A DNA stretch of 64,000 bases from Eledone cirrhosa (lineage: Eukaryota). Within the stretch, counting starts at the first letter, position 1. Each line of letters starts with the position of its first letter. Below are positions 1-14,821 of the stretch, piece after piece. Made by a program: the position numbers and the translations under genes. The notes beneath the pieces are model-generated. The model was not told the DNA's origin. It searched no databases and saw nothing but the letters and a program-made list of their open reading frames with translations. Location of the stretch: assembly GCA_964016885.1 (NCBI GenBank), contig OZ024754.1, positions 30,070,001-30,134,000 of the forward strand, in the 5' to 3' direction.

Positions 1-352
1 TCTCGTCTCTATCATCTCTTATCTCTCGTCTCTCGTCTCTCGTCTCTCTCATCTCTTATCTCTCGTCTCTCGCCTCTCTCATCTCTTATCTATCATCTCT
101 TGTCTCTCTCGTCTCTCCCGTCTCTCCCGTCCCTCTCCTTTTTTCTCTTTCTCTCTCTCTCATCTCTCTCTCCCTCATCTCTTTCTCATCTCTCTCTCAC
201 TCTCTCTCATCTCTCTCATCCCTCTCTCATCCATCTCTCTCTCATCTCTCTCTCATCCCCCATACCTCATCTCTCTCTCTCTTCCATCTCTCATCTCTCT
301 CTCTCATCTCTCTCTCCCTCTCCCTCCCATCCCCCATACCTCATCTCTCACT
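1..352. repeat. degenerate (CT)n/TCTCA pyrimidine-rich simple repeat
   Basis: Near-pure C/T tract with TCTCATC/TCTCG variants. Confidence 0.9.
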
Positions 353-669
353 CCAGTATTTTATCTGTTGTCTTCTAATGCCCATCCATTCTCGACAAAA
401 TGGCAATTATTGCTGTAATTTTGTTGGGATTTTTTCCCCGAAGACCAAAGCAATCATTAGCTGTTGACATAACCATATATAACACTACAACAATATGGCA
501 GCTGCAACTGAGAGAAAGAATTCAATCCTTAAGGGAGAAGAGAATTGTGGTGTTGCTCTTGTATTTGCATAAATCTCCTCCTGGTTTTCATTTATATCTT
601 TAACAAAATGGGAAATAAATGTACGAGAGATAGTCGAATAAAATAAAATAATTCAAAGTAGAATATAAG

Positions 670-897
670 CATTTCTGACTTAGGTATAAGGCTAATGGTT
701 TGCGGGGAGGGAAGGGAAAAGTCGATTAAATCGACCCCAGTGCGTTACTGGTACTTTATTTTATCGACTTTGTAAGGATGAAAGGCAAAGGCAAAACTAA
801 CCTCAGCAGGATTTGAACTCAGAAAATAAAGGGACCTAAGTATAAGCCGCAAAGCTTGTTGTCCGGTGCTCTACCGATTCTGCCAATCCACCACCCT
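670..897 (-). mobile_element. tRNA-derived SINE, family A (Nin/Deu-like core TTTCATCCTTACGGGGTCGATAAAATAAAGTACCAGT)
   Basis: Reverse complement has GGATTGGCAG and GAGTTCAAATCC A/B-box-like motifs plus the core shared with more than 20 copies in the window. Confidence 0.8.
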
Positions 898-904
898 AGA
901 GTAA

Positions 905-2086
905 TCTATCTATATATATAAAACAGAGGATGTCTGTCTGTCTGTGTAAATCCCTAAAACTCGAGATGTACACGACCGATTTTTTTCAAACTTTACACAT
1001 GCGTTATTTATATTTCTTGGAGTGCAATGAGCGAAAGAAATTTTAACTTTTTCTGCCCTAGGCGAAAAACCGATTAGGCGAAAAACCGCATTTTTTAGGC
1101 ATTTTTAGGCTCTTTTGAGGTGTAACTTAAAGATAATCCTGCCGATTTCCTCGAAATTTGCAGCACACATTAGTTAGTCCGTTCGTATTGCTGTGGACAA
1201 AAAAATGTCCCATTCTATTAATGGTTTCTAGGAAATTTACGAATTAGCATTGGGCATTACATGCCATTTTCATTTTCAATATAAACGCTACTTAAACATC
1301 GTAAGTAGCGTATAATATTTCGTTAAAAATTTGGTTTATTTAACAGAGGATACAACACTTACTTTTAAGCAGGACCATTTTCGGGGGATTGAGGAAATGA
1401 GGAGGACCTTAAAATTTTTGTCGGCGCCCTGTTGACACTTCGTACTTTCATCACGCGCAAATCCGAGCCTGTGTACGTTGCCGTGTTATTAAACACCATA
1501 AAACCCACGTTTGTGTTACTTCTACTAAGACTCATTTTGTTGCACTTACACCGCAGTATGAACGCCCTGCGCAAGTTCGCCGAACAACGGTTGTGCTAAT
1601 TCCGCAGTAACCCCTTTTGTCGCACCTTTGTTGCTGTGTAAACGCAGTGGAACCAGTGCCGCCCAGCGTTTGTGCTAATTGCACTATGACACGCTTCTGC
1701 TGCAGCTGCATTGCCACGCTGATTTTGTCATCTCAATATCCCTACTTAAACGTACTTCCCTACTTGGTTTTCACACAATTGACTACGTCGCTCCTTCAGA
1801 CTGACGTGTGTTCCCCATCCGTGACATAAATCGTGAGCAGACTTACGACATACATCGCCCCACAACACTTACTTACTCCTTTCGCATACAGGATTTCCAC
1901 AATCAGCCCATTGACACTGCTACTACTGGATTCGGCCTGCTGATGTTCTACGTTTCCAGTAGATGAACAATCATTCCCTGGGAATAAGGGAATTCAAAAA
2001 GTACACAGCTACATTCCTCAATCTTTGCATACGCGTGTAGCTGTTTCACGTTTCCTACCCCGTGCAACGCCGGGTCCTGCTGCTAG
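905..2086 (+). mobile_element. non-autonomous Helitron
   Basis: 5' TCTATCTATATATATAAAA start; 3' GC hairpin CCCGTGCAACGCCGGG followed by CTAG (2083-2086); inserted between A and T with no TSD. Confidence 0.8.
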
Positions 2087-2091
2087 TAGAA

Positions 2092-2285
2092 TATAATTGT
2101 TTCTACTTTTGGCACAAAGCCAGCAATTATCGCAGTGTATTACTGGTAATTTATTTCATCGAATCCGTAAGGATGAGAGGCAAAGTTAACCTCGGCGGGA
2201 TTTGAAATCAGATCATAAAGGGCCGTAACTCTATGCTGCAAAACATGGCATCCAACCTTCTACCGATACTGCCAATCCACCGCTC
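2092..2285 (-). mobile_element. SINE family A
   Basis: Near-full copy matching 45047-45240. Confidence 0.85.
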
Positions 2286-2744
2286 TGAGTAATATAATAT
2301 AATACTAATATTTCACATTGGACACAGCATGGCCTCGTGGTTAAGAAGTTCACTTTGTAATATATATCCTGAGTTCGATCCTGCTGAGTGAGATCTTGGG
2401 CAAGGCAAGTGTAATTTACCATAACTTCATATACACCCAAGCCTTGTGAGTGACAGTTGATAGATGGAAGCCGTGTAGAATCCCGTGGGTTATAGTATAA
2501 GATACTTACCCCTGGTGCAGTGTAGTGGAACTGAACCTGAAACCTGGTGATTGCGAAGTGAACGCCCTAACCACACACCAATCCCTATTATTTGTGTATA
2601 TGTTCTTATATTTTCTCTAAGATAAATCTTCTGTGTACTACTTTCTCGCTTTATTGTTTTATTTGCTCCAATACAAAGACTCTGAGAGAGATATTAGCGA
2701 CATTTTAAAATTAGTCGTTAAAAAAAAGCTATCGAGTTCGTCTG

Positions 2745-3030
2745 TTTAAAGTCTGTCTCGAGCCCGGAGACTCATCAGATTGTACTTATCCCGTTTTCCG
2801 TGGTGTTAAGTGACTGAGAGTACAAGACGCCAGGAAGCCAGTACAGGAAGCCAGTCCATCAGAGGGTTAAATCCTCAGCTATTGCTGGTAATCATTTTCA
2901 GCTGAGTGGACTGGAGCAACGACGTGAAATTAAGTGTTTTGCTCATAAACACAACACACAACCTAGTCCAGGAATTGAACCGACGACATTATTCTCGTAA
3001 ACCCTTATCACCACGCCACACGCCTCCACA
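2745..3030 (-). mobile_element. tRNA-derived SINE, family B (GTGTCCTTGAGCAAGACACTT CORE/V-like domain)
   Basis: Similar to 33405-33680, 30115-30250 and 48951-49080; tRNA-like head GGCGTGTGGCGTGGTG..GGTTCAATTCC on the minus strand. Confidence 0.7.
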
Positions 3031-3140
3031 TGGCTGGGAGTACAATATTTTGTCAAGGATCCACAAACCATACGATCCTCCAGTTCAAGGAAGCTACAAA
3101 AAGATTTAACAACGGAAACTTATTTAACTGAATCAATCAG

Positions 3141-3310
<170 letters not shown>

Positions 3311-4230
3311 TTCTTGGCGTTTTTCTTTTTAGTGTTTCTTCTCTTACTCATTCTCTTTCTCCATTTTGTTTCTTATATATCAGATGAGGTATTAGACACC
3401 TTTCTCAGATTATCAAACCTTATAAGCTTTACATGGGCGCTTAACATGATTAAATAGATAAATAGATAAATCGATGGACACTTCAAACGTGTTCTTCTTT
3501 ATAAAGGTTTTGATTGTAAACCATTAAAAGTTATTTACAGTACAACTGACAATCCTTGTCTTCTCTCGCTCGTCCAACACAAACCACCAAACTCCATTCA
3601 CTGAAGAAGTTTACTGGTGAACACAAACACAGACCACAAATAAATTAATTTCCGCTTCCTCCTTATAACTCACTACGTTTATTCTCTTTTGATATAAACG
3701 AATCAAATGCTGTTGCTGTTGCTGTTGCTGCTGTTGTTGTTGTTTGTTTGTTTTTCTAAACGAGGTGCAAGATATATACATTCTTAAAAGAATTTAGCAT
3801 AGTGGTATTTACTTCTTAATCTATTGAAGTGAGGAAACGAAATGGTTATTCAGGCATTCCATTCCCACCTTTGCTAGTTTATAATTCACGTGGATAGTTG
3901 AAGTTGTTAATCAATATATTTGAGTTTATCATTGTAGCAAACTTAAATAATCAAGTAGCTAAAGAAAACACATGCTTCAGTGCCTTGGGTATTGTCTTGA
4001 ATTTACACAGAAACTAAAGACGTGAACTGCAGTTACAATCTCGGAAGTGTTCTTTGAAGATTAATGGAACTAATGGAATTAAACTAGCATTTGGGTGGCG
4101 GGAACGGACATGTTAATGGTGAGTTTGTCTCCAGTGATTGGACTGTTTGATTGGAGGTGATGGTGGGAGGTGTGGTAGTGGTAGTGTGGAGATGGGAGGA
4201 GGGGTGGCGGTGACGGTGGTGGCGGTAGTT

Positions 4231-4371
4231 GAAGAAGAAGAAGAAGAAGAAGAAGAAGAAGAAGAAGAAGAAGAAGAAGAAGAAGAAGAAGAAGAAGAAG
4301 AAGAAGAAGAAGAAGAAGAAGGACGACGACGACAACAACAACAACAACAACAGCAACAACAACAACAACAA
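4231..4371. repeat. compound (GAA)n(GAC)n(CAA)n microsatellite
   Basis: Direct observation. Confidence 0.97.
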
Positions 4372-5225
4372 GATGCTGATGAGGAGGGTGAGGATGAGCG
4401 GGAGGGGATATTCATGATATATTATATCAGACTGTGTTATAAGCATATATTTTAATTATTTATTAACTTTTCTTAATTAGTTATATAAATAATGGAAAAG
4501 GTTGTATAGGAAAATAAAGGAAAGGATTATAAATGAGAAGAAAAAGAAGGAAAGAGCAAGGACTATTAGGCCACATGTGTTAGACGAATTGTCCCGATAT
4601 GAGCCAAGTCAGATCAGGAGACCATGTCTTGCTCATACAGAACAGTTTCTGGCTTGGTTTCTGCAGTTGCACTGATGTTTGTTGCGTACTTTTATCTACA
4701 CAAAACACCTTCGGATTTTTACTTGCCGATTAATGACTTTAATGCTTACTATATAGCCATGTCTCTATATCGTTTTTCATACATTATATGCTAGAATAAT
4801 ATCTTCGATATTGAAAAATAAATCTGGTAAATAATAAAAATATCAAGCATATAACAAAATGAAAACGGTGGTCGTGAAGCTATCAGCAACCGGAGCCAAA
4901 AAAAACGAAGCAAGCTAAACAGGTTAACAAAAGAATTTACCTAGACTTCCTGGAAATTGATGGTAGAATCCAGTGGGAGGTTTCTGTGACACCTAAATCA
5001 ATTATACTGCCTGATTTAGTTGTAAGCTTTTGGTATAACGATCGAACAAGGCTACCATTTCGTCAACAGGTATTTTGTTCTCAGCGGGCCAGCGGGTTCC
5101 AATGCAGTAGTAATGGTGAAGTGACTACCCCACGTGTTTACCCTGCTATGGAGGTAACCCCGGTTTTTTGCGTATGCATTCAGAATGTGTAAAATATATG
5201 TATATATAAAATATATGTATATATA

Positions 5226-5626
5226 TTTCTTTATTAGCCACAAGGGCGCACAAGAAAGGGGGACAATACAAAGACATGCCGGGGATTTTACATGCTGTCG
5301 TGTAAAAAATATAAAAACAAACAATTACAACAATCGAAATCCCCAATAAGGGGGAGGCACCACAAATGGGTTGTTTAATACCCCGTCGATAGAACAACCC
5401 TCAACTCCAGGAGCGTGTTGTGCAAGTGCTCCTTTCTTCCTTTTGCTCTCTTCTTCAACCTACAGGCTTATAAACAGAGAAGGCCCAATCACTCGGGCCA
5501 TTTTCGCTTCATTCACCCACCTTTCAGTAAATTTACTGGGGTGCAGTGCCTCTCTCTCCACCCTGATTCTCCTTCTAAAGTGATACTTAAAGAAGGGAAT
5601 CAATTGTTGTCCGGAGAGAAAGGCAT
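5226..5626 (-). mobile_element. 5'-truncated L1/Tx1-like LINE 3' end
   Basis: Encodes AFLSGQQLIPFFKYHFRRRIRVEREALHPSKFTERWVN*, followed by a 3' UTR with AATAAA; near-identical second copy at 7672-8075. Confidence 0.6.
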
Positions 5627-5628
5627 AT

Positions 5629-5706
<78 letters not shown>

Positions 5707-6310
5707 GATATAGATATATATATGTATGTATGTATGTATGTAGGTATACACATATATATCCGTGTATATATATATATATATATGTATGTGTCTGTGTGTG
5801 TGTGTGTTTGTATGTATGTACGTATGTAAGCACGTATGTATGCACATATACATCTATGTATGTATATCTGGAAATATGTATGTATATACATCTGTGTATG
5901 TATATATGTATATATGTATATATACACGTATACACGTATACACGTATACATCTGAGTATGTATATATGTATATATGTACGTATGTACGTACGTATGTACG
6001 TACGTATGCACGTATAAATCTGTGTATGTATATATGTATGTACGTACGTATGCACGTATACATCTGTGTATGTATATATGTATATATATATGTATGTACG
6101 TACGTATGCACGTATACATCTGTGTATGTACATATGTATGTATATATGTATGTACGTACGTATGCACGTATACATCTGTGTATGTATATATGTATATATG
6201 TATGTATATATGTATGTACGTACGTATGCACGTATAAATCTGTGTATGAATCTAGCCTCATTAACGTATGTATGTGTATATGTATATATGTATATGTATA
6301 TGTATGTAGG
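5629..6310. repeat. (GATA)n followed by a complex TATG/TACG minisatellite
   Basis: Direct observation; the unit GTACGTATGCACGTATACATCTGTGTATGTATATAT recurs. Confidence 0.9.
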
Positions 6311-6526
6311 CATGTACACAGGGATATATATGTGTATATATCTGGCAGCATTGACGTATTCTATATCCGTTGAACATAAATAGCTTAAATTAAACTGAAT
6401 AGCTTCATTTCATTAGAAATGAATGATTCCTACGGAAATTTTTATTATGAACAAAACAAACGTCTGATAATTCATACGATCGCTGTTTCACTGGAGAAAT
6501 GGCAATAGTTGAAATGAATACATATA

Positions 6527-6638
<112 letters not shown>

Positions 6639-6778
6639 TATAATTCAGCGAGAATCGTATTTCGGTTGGTAGAAAAAGCGAAACGAAACGCAAATTCGTA
6701 GAAATGCTGCCAAGCGCACACAAACGTACACACATATATATCTATATATACATATGCATATATATATAAGGATATATG

Positions 6779-6833
<55 letters not shown>

Positions 6834-6893
6834 ATATATACAGTTATATATATATATACATATATATATATACATATATATATACATATATAC

Positions 6894-6924
<31 letters not shown>

Positions 6925-7671
6925 CATGTATATATATATAGATATATAGATATATAGATATATGCCAGACATGTTTGTAATTACATATATATATTTATTG
7001 AAGATAAATGAATGATGAGAAGGTGTATAATTATAGCTGATTAAATGCAGAATATATAATATGTATATATATATATATATGTGTGTATAAGTGTGTGCGT
7101 ATATGTCTGTGTGTATAAGTGTGTGCGTATATGTGTGTGTGTAATGAGCAATTCAAAACTAATAATATATATATACATATGTATATATACATATGTATAT
7201 ATATATAGAGAGACACGTACACCCATATATATGTATGTGTTTTTATATATATATAATATATATATGTATGTGTATTTATATATATATATGAGAGAGAGAG
7301 AGAGGGGGGGGGAAGATAGATAGTATTTATGTATGGATGTATGTAGGTATATATATGTATGTCTGTATATACGTATGTATATATGTATGTATATATGTAT
7401 ATATGTATGTACATATATATATATATATGTATGTATATATGTATGTATATATGTATTTTGTATCCCTTTCTCTAACTCCAGTGAAAGGATGATATTAAAT
7501 AAACAATAAATATCGAATCAATTATTTTAAATCTAAATGTAATCTTATTGATAATAACAGTAATTATAATGGATAGTATACTTAGAGTTGTGTGCTGGTA
7601 ATTTCCCTATATATGTGTGGGGGGGGGGGAGTGTACATAGATAGTCCGCAATTAATTTAGATAGATAGATA

Positions 7672-8160
7672 GATTTCTTTATTTGCCACAAGGGCGCACA
7701 AGAAAAGGGGACAAAACAAAGACACATGCCGAGGATTTTACATACAATCGTGTAAAAATATTATTAAAACAAGCAAATTTAACAATCGAAATCCCCAATA
7801 GGGGGAGGTGCCACAAATGGGTTGTTTAATACCCCGTCGATAGAACAACCCTCAACTTCAGGAGCCTGTTGTGCAAGTGTTGCTTTCTTCCTTTTGCTCT
7901 CTTCTTTAACCTACAGGCTTATAAACAGAGAAGACCCAATCACTCGGGACATTTTTGCTACATTCACCCACCTTTCAGTAAATTTACTGGGGTGCAGTGC
8001 CTCTCTCTCCATTCTGATTCTCCTTCTAAAGTTGTACCTAAAGAAGGGAATGAGTTGTCCAGAGAGAAAGGCATCTGTACTCAGTCCTCTCAATCTCGCC
8101 CACCATATAACCTCTTTCACCATAGCCACTATACAGAGGAAAACCGCCTTTGTCTTTGCG
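7672..8160 (-). mobile_element. 5'-truncated L1/Tx1-like LINE 3' end
   Basis: Encodes KAVFLCIVAMVKEVIWWARL...RRRIRMERE...RWVN, resembling an L1/Tx1 ORF2 C-terminus; AATAAA followed by an (ATCT)n tail. Confidence 0.6.
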
Positions 8161-8945
8161 TGTTCTCACCGCTCCACATAGTGACGTATTATCTTCGTTT
8201 TTTTCATTCATTGCCAGAGAACGTCTCCATGAACCACCTAATAGAATATTAGTCTACGACTTCCTTTATACCATAAACGTGGTTTTGTCTTTGCGTGTAA
8301 TTTTTTTCATCGCACCAAATAATTACGTATTATCTTCGTTTTTTTCCGTTCTTTGCCAGGGAACGTTTCCACGAACCAAAGTATCGTCTTCCTGTCTTCC
8401 TTCGGTTGCAACGTTTTTTGAAATATTTACTTCTGCGTTCACAGATTGTCTTTTTTAGTTTCAGAAGATCCCGTTAAGGGTGAAAGCAGCGATTCTTTGC
8501 TGTTATTTTAATAAATATATATATATATATGTGTAGAGGTTATATTTAATTCTTAATTAAACATTTAATCAAATTTATTAATTAAACATTAGATAAATTC
8601 TTCAACTTAGCTTTATTATTGTTTATCCTTCTTTATTAGTATCTATTATTGGTTATTATTATTGTTTATCCATCTTACGGTATTCATCCACGCTATAATT
8701 ATTTCTTCGCCTCTTCTCTCAAAATTACGCTATTCTCTCTCACTAAAATATACTCAGATTTCTCTCTTTCTTTCTTTCGTTTTTTCGGCTTAATTTAAAT
8801 ATACTGTTTTTAAACCTTTCCAACACTAATTTGCATAATAAACCAACAATAAATCTAATAACTCCACTATCCAGGAGATTCCAACCAGAATGGTTGCATT
8901 TTTTAAGGGTATGTCAATATTTATTTATAAAACTAACCTATATTA

Positions 8946-9011
8946 TATTTTATCTGATGAAAGCGCACCATAGTTTGCTCTGGTGGCCCTTGAAATATGT
9001 ATAATGAAATA
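8946..9011 (+). ncRNA. type I hammerhead ribozyme, PLE pLTR family X
   Basis: TATTTTAT-CTGATGA-stem II (AAG..CACCA/TGGTG..CTT)-GAAA-TATGTA-TA-ATGAAATA; homologues at 51953 and 60585; abuts (TA)n. Confidence 0.8.
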
Positions 9012-9042
9012 AATATGGTTTTATAAATATAGTTTCCATTTG

Positions 9043-9044
<2 letters not shown>

Positions 9045-9102
<58 letters not shown>

Positions 9103-9103
9103 A

Positions 9104-9146
<43 letters not shown>

Positions 9147-9278
9147 TATATATATATATTAATACAAATATATATATATAAATATGTATATAAATAAATA
9201 TATATATGTGTGTGTATATATATATATAATTAAGATATATATATATATATATACATATATATACATATATATATATAC

Positions 9279-9347
<69 letters not shown>

Positions 9348-9385
9348 CAATATATATATGTATATATATATGTATATAGATATAC

Positions 9386-9432
<47 letters not shown>

Positions 9433-9458
9433 CAATATATATATGTATATAGATATAC

Positions 9459-9535
<77 letters not shown>
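9045..9535. repeat. (TA)n-rich microsatellite
   Basis: Direct observation. Confidence 0.95.
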
Positions 9536-9917
9536 TACGTGAGTGTATATGACACTGCTAGCCTAATCAAATGCGCGTGACCAGCAACCTCCACTCTTTA
9601 TTATTTGATCTAAGGAGATAAAATATGTTTTTTATAGTCTGAAACGACTGAAACACACAATTGAGGACTACATCAAAGAGACTGACCACCAAACCTACCT
9701 TTCAGAATCTAGTTACGAACAGTTTATTGCGACATCCTTTCAAATGTTTAGTTTTTACGTGGAAATAATTAATTGGCTTCTATCAACTTTTAACTTATCT
9801 AATATAGATTTGTGAATTTTTTTATATATTCGTAATTAAATCCTAATATAAGTAAAAAGTATAGTTGATGTTAACATCTAACTTTAAACGAAATATTTTT
9901 GTCTGATTCAATTGCAG

Positions 9918-9952
9918 AATTCAACGTTCTAGGAATGAAGAGCTTGCTGTTG
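9918..9952 (+). other. candidate micro-exon
   Basis: ttgcag|...|gtaagg, 35 nt; open frames read IQRSRNEELAV or MKSLLL. Confidence 0.35.
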
Positions 9953-10249
9953 GTAAGGTTCGTTTTAAATTGTTGTAGGCCCATTCGTTTTTGAAAGAGA
10001 TGAGCAGAGACTGAGTTCCTTCCCTGAGAACCAACGCTCTGGGAAGAAAGTGCTGGGTGAAGTGGTTAGAGTTAGGCTTAGCAAGGTTTGACACGACACG
10101 TTTGTTGAGAGATGAAGAAACGCGTGTGTTAATATTCGAGAGTGATTGGCTGAAGGTGGTATGAACCCGGCTCACTCCGATGAGTACCTTTCTGTAAAGT
10201 CATATTTTCATGTTAATAAAAATAATCGTGATTTTTTGTATAATTATAT

Positions 10250-10468
10250 AATAGTTTCTGATTTAGACACAAGTTCAACAACTGAAGAAAGGGGTAAGTC
10301 GATTAAATCGACCCCAGTGCGTTACTGATACTTTATGTTACTGACCCCGTAGGGATGAAAGGCAAAGCTGACCTCGATGGGATTTGAATTTAGAACGTAA
10401 AGAGGGGGTTACTAGATGCCGCAAAACATACTGTCCAATGCTCTACCGATACTGCCAATCAACCGCGC
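10250..10468 (-). mobile_element. SINE family A
   Basis: Core and tRNA-like head as in other copies. Confidence 0.8.
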
Positions 10469-11344
10469 CTGTTTAATTAGACAATAGTAACTATAAAATT
10501 CCTCATTTTCAGAGTACCAAATTTCACAGACATGGCATCGGTCAACCGGAGGACAATGTAGAAGCCACTTGCTCATGATACAATAGAGTACGGCGGCTCC
10601 ATATAACGTAGTTGCGAAGCAAACTCCTTAACTACATAGCTATGCTTGTGTCTATTCGAAAGTATTCTTCATTTGAGACAACGTAATGAGTCTTGATGGA
10701 TTTGCCACTGGCAAGTTGCTCTACATACCGCAAGCTTTATAAACAGCTAGCAGTTACCGGTACATGCTAGTCTACTCCTCTACTCCATCAGTGTTGTCCA
10801 AGGAAAGATGATATAGCTTGGTACGAGCGTCATTGTAACTCGTATATACACTCTTACTCGTTATATATACAGTAAATATTCACTATATACACAGCACATT
10901 CACTATATACGATGTTGTCCAAGGTAAAGAGACAGTGCTATACAGCTTGGTACCAGTGTAATTACAACTCTTATACACGCTATACTTACTATGTATACTG
11001 TGAATATACATTATATACACAGCACATCACTATATATGATATTGCCCACAGTAAAGAGAAGGTGTTGATGCAACACATATATACACTCAGCACACTAAAT
11101 ATACATTACATACACTATATATACACACTATATACACTATGTATGTTATTGTCTATATTTCTGAGCTGTGTAGACTGGAACAACGCGAAATATATCGTCC
11201 TGCTCAAGAACACAACGCATCACCCGGTCCAAGAATCGAACTCACGACCTTACGATCATAGGGCCCTACACACTAATCAAACACTATGTCTGCAAAACAG
11301 CATAATAACATTTTCTAATTTAGGCAACAAGGCTATATATGGAG

Positions 11345-12034
11345 GGCACACCGACAATTCAGCGCAGGACAATTCAACGCCGACAATTCAGCGCCGACAA
11401 TTCAGCGCATGACAATTTAGCGCATGACAATTTAGCGCAAAGACAATTAAGCGCCGACAATTCAGCGCCGACAATTCAGCGCCGACAATTAAGCGCATGA
11501 CAATTTAGCGCAAAGACAATTCAGCGCCGACAATTCAGCGCATGACAATTTAGCGCAAAGACAATTCAGCGCATGACAATTTAGCGCCGACAATAGTACC
11601 CCCTAATGCGCTGCTCACAAACACACCTTCTAAAAACATTCTTCTTGAACAAAAGAATTCTAAAATTGACCAAAACACATCACACCTGCTGTATATATAT
11701 ATTTTTTTCTTTTCCCCCCACCCCCACCCCACTCGCTATCTCAACTCACTACTACCACCAACCACTTTCAACACTCCCCCATTCCTACACATATTTCTCT
11801 TAAGAAAAAACTTTGCTTAAGGATTTCATCTCAAGCTCTCTTTAAAAATTTCAAATTGTAAACCTTTGGATTTTTGAAGAAAATAAATAATTTGGAACCA
11901 CAAGTGAAGTCATTCTATTTCCTTTTTTAAATATTTATATATATATATACACACACACATTATATATCGTTTTGCATTGTCCTTGCGCTGAATTGTCGGC
12001 GCTGAGTTGTCCTGCGCGGAATTGTCGGTTCACG
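11345..12034. mobile_element. non-autonomous TIR DNA transposon (Mutator/hAT-like) with tandem subterminal repeats, nested in a SINE A
   Basis: About 17 copies of GACAATT(C/T)AGCGC(C/A) on the left and 3-4 inverted copies on the right; direct repeat ATATGGAG flanks both ends (8 bp perfect, 9 bp with one mismatch). Confidence 0.75.
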
Positions 12035-12472
12035 ATATGGAGATAGGTCGGTCTCATCAACCCCGGTGTTTGAATGATACTTTGTTTTATTGAACTCCAG
12101 AAGTTGAACCCCAAAAGTTGACATCAGCGGGATTTGAAAGGAAAATGTAAAGAGCCATAACTATAAGCCGCAAAACATGTTGTCCGACGCTCTACCGATA
12201 CTGCCATTCCACTGCCCAGAAACAACGTAATATTGATATATTTATTGCACAATTGGCGTATTTACGCAAATGAAGTGAGCGTGGCCTTGCGAGAGAGAGA
12301 GTGAAGGCTATTAATTTCGCTTACTTGATTCATCATATATACTTTTATTTGCAGCTTTGTTTTGTTTTTGTTTTTTGTTTTTGTTTTTACACAAGCAGAC
12401 TTCTATCATCTGACTACATGTAATACAATATATAATATAGAGATAGAAATTGAAACTGAGATTAATCCGACA

Positions 12473-12475
<3 letters not shown>

Positions 12476-12544
<69 letters not shown>

Positions 12545-12586
12545 CCTCTCTTTATATATATATATATCCCTCTCTCTATCTATCTA

Positions 12587-12619
<33 letters not shown>

Positions 12620-12683
12620 CCCTCTCTCTATCTATCTATCTATCTCTCTCTATATATATATATATCCCTCTCTCTATCTATCT

Positions 12684-12758
<75 letters not shown>

Positions 12759-12800
12759 TCTCTATGTGCATGTGTGCGTGTGTGTGAGTGTGTGTGCGCG
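12476..12800. repeat. (CT)n/(TA)n compound microsatellite
   Basis: Direct observation. Confidence 0.95.
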
Positions 12801-13039
12801 TGGTAAATTGATTGCTTTCAGAAACAGAAATATATTTATCTTCTGACACACCGTGATGTAGTTATTGTTGTTGTTATTACATATTGTTTTCGATGATTCA
12901 GTTGTTGCTGTTGTTTGTTTGTTTTTGTTATGTTTTGTTCGTTTTTGTTGTTTTTGTGTGTTATTTTATATTTCTTCAAACGTATGATATTGATTGTATC
13001 AGGCAAATTATTAAAGCAGCGTTGTTTCTGAAAGGAATG

Positions 13040-13590
<551 letters not shown>

Positions 13591-13604
13591 ACATCTAAAA
13601 AATG

Positions 13605-14040
13605 ATTACCAATTTAGGTACAGGCCCCACAATTTGAGGGCAGGGGGAAATCGATTATATTGACCCCAGCACTTGACTGGTACTTTATTTTATCGACCTC
13701 CACAAGGGCGATGTTAACCCCAGTTTTAAACACAAAAAGTAAAGGATTTTGTCCGGTGCTCTACCGATTCTGCACATCCACAATACAAAGACACAAACTA
13801 GATAATATTCCTTTGGGGTCGATAAAATAAAGTACCAGTAATGAACTGGGTAATTGCTGGCCTTGTGCCTAAAGTAGAAACAATTATTAATATGCTTTGC
13901 AGCATAGAGTTACGGTCCTTTATGGTCCGAGTTCAAATCCCGCCGAGGTTAACTTTGCCTTTCGTCCTTAGGAGGTCGATAACATAAAGTACCACTGGGA
14001 TAATTGCTGGCCTTGTGCCAAAAGTAGAAGCAATTATCAA
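13605..14040. mobile_element. cluster of three SINE A fragments (one minus, two plus)
   Basis: Core motif GGGGTCGATAAAATAAAGTACCAG repeated. Confidence 0.75.
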
Positions 14041-14370
14041 TTACAGATAAAACTAACACAACTTACTCTCATTGATAGCATTTTAAGCCGTGATCATGTC
14101 ACGGCAATCTCAGCAGTGGCGTAAATACATATATTTCGCAATCATTACTCTTCATCAGCAACTATTCATCCATGTCCAGTTGATGAGGTATAAAACGCCA
14201 TCTCTTGGATTTTGTAAACAAACTATTCATGTTCAAAGTTTCTTTATATACAGTGCAACTACATGCAGAAATGCATGTATATATGTATGCATGTATGTAT
14301 ATAAGTGTTTATGTATGCATGTATGTATGTATCTATGTGTGTATGTATACATATATATATATATACATAT

Positions 14371-14465
14371 ATAGGAAAAGTATGACCCCGACGGCAGAGC
14401 TCAAGTCGTTTCGACGGCCGTTTCGTCGAAACGGCTTGAGCTCTGCCGTCGGGGTCATACTTTTT

Positions 14466-14470
<5 letters not shown>
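14371..14470. mobile_element. fold-back copy of HHR family Z in (TA)n
   Basis: 100-bp palindrome ATAGGAAAAGTATGACCCCGACGGC...GCCGTCGGGGTCATACTTTTTCCTAT. Confidence 0.85.
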
Positions 14471-14522
<52 letters not shown>

Positions 14523-14612
14523 GCAGTATACATGGCTATATATGTATAAATATATGTATATATACCTACTTACATATACAAACACATATACATATACATA
14601 TGCATATATACA

Positions 14613-14698
<86 letters not shown>

Positions 14699-14700
<2 letters not shown>

Positions 14701-14821
14701 ACGAAGGAAATGTGGTAAGGAACCAGGTGGACCATAACGCACCAAAGTACTCAATACTTGGGGTAGTAGAGTGGGTAATAGGAACCAGTAAGACCCCATA
14801 CTTTGGGGTCTTACTGGTTCC

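Noticed and set aside
2740-2780. CTGATGA with a hairpin on the minus strand
   Set aside because: No GAAA or stem III; part of a SINE tail
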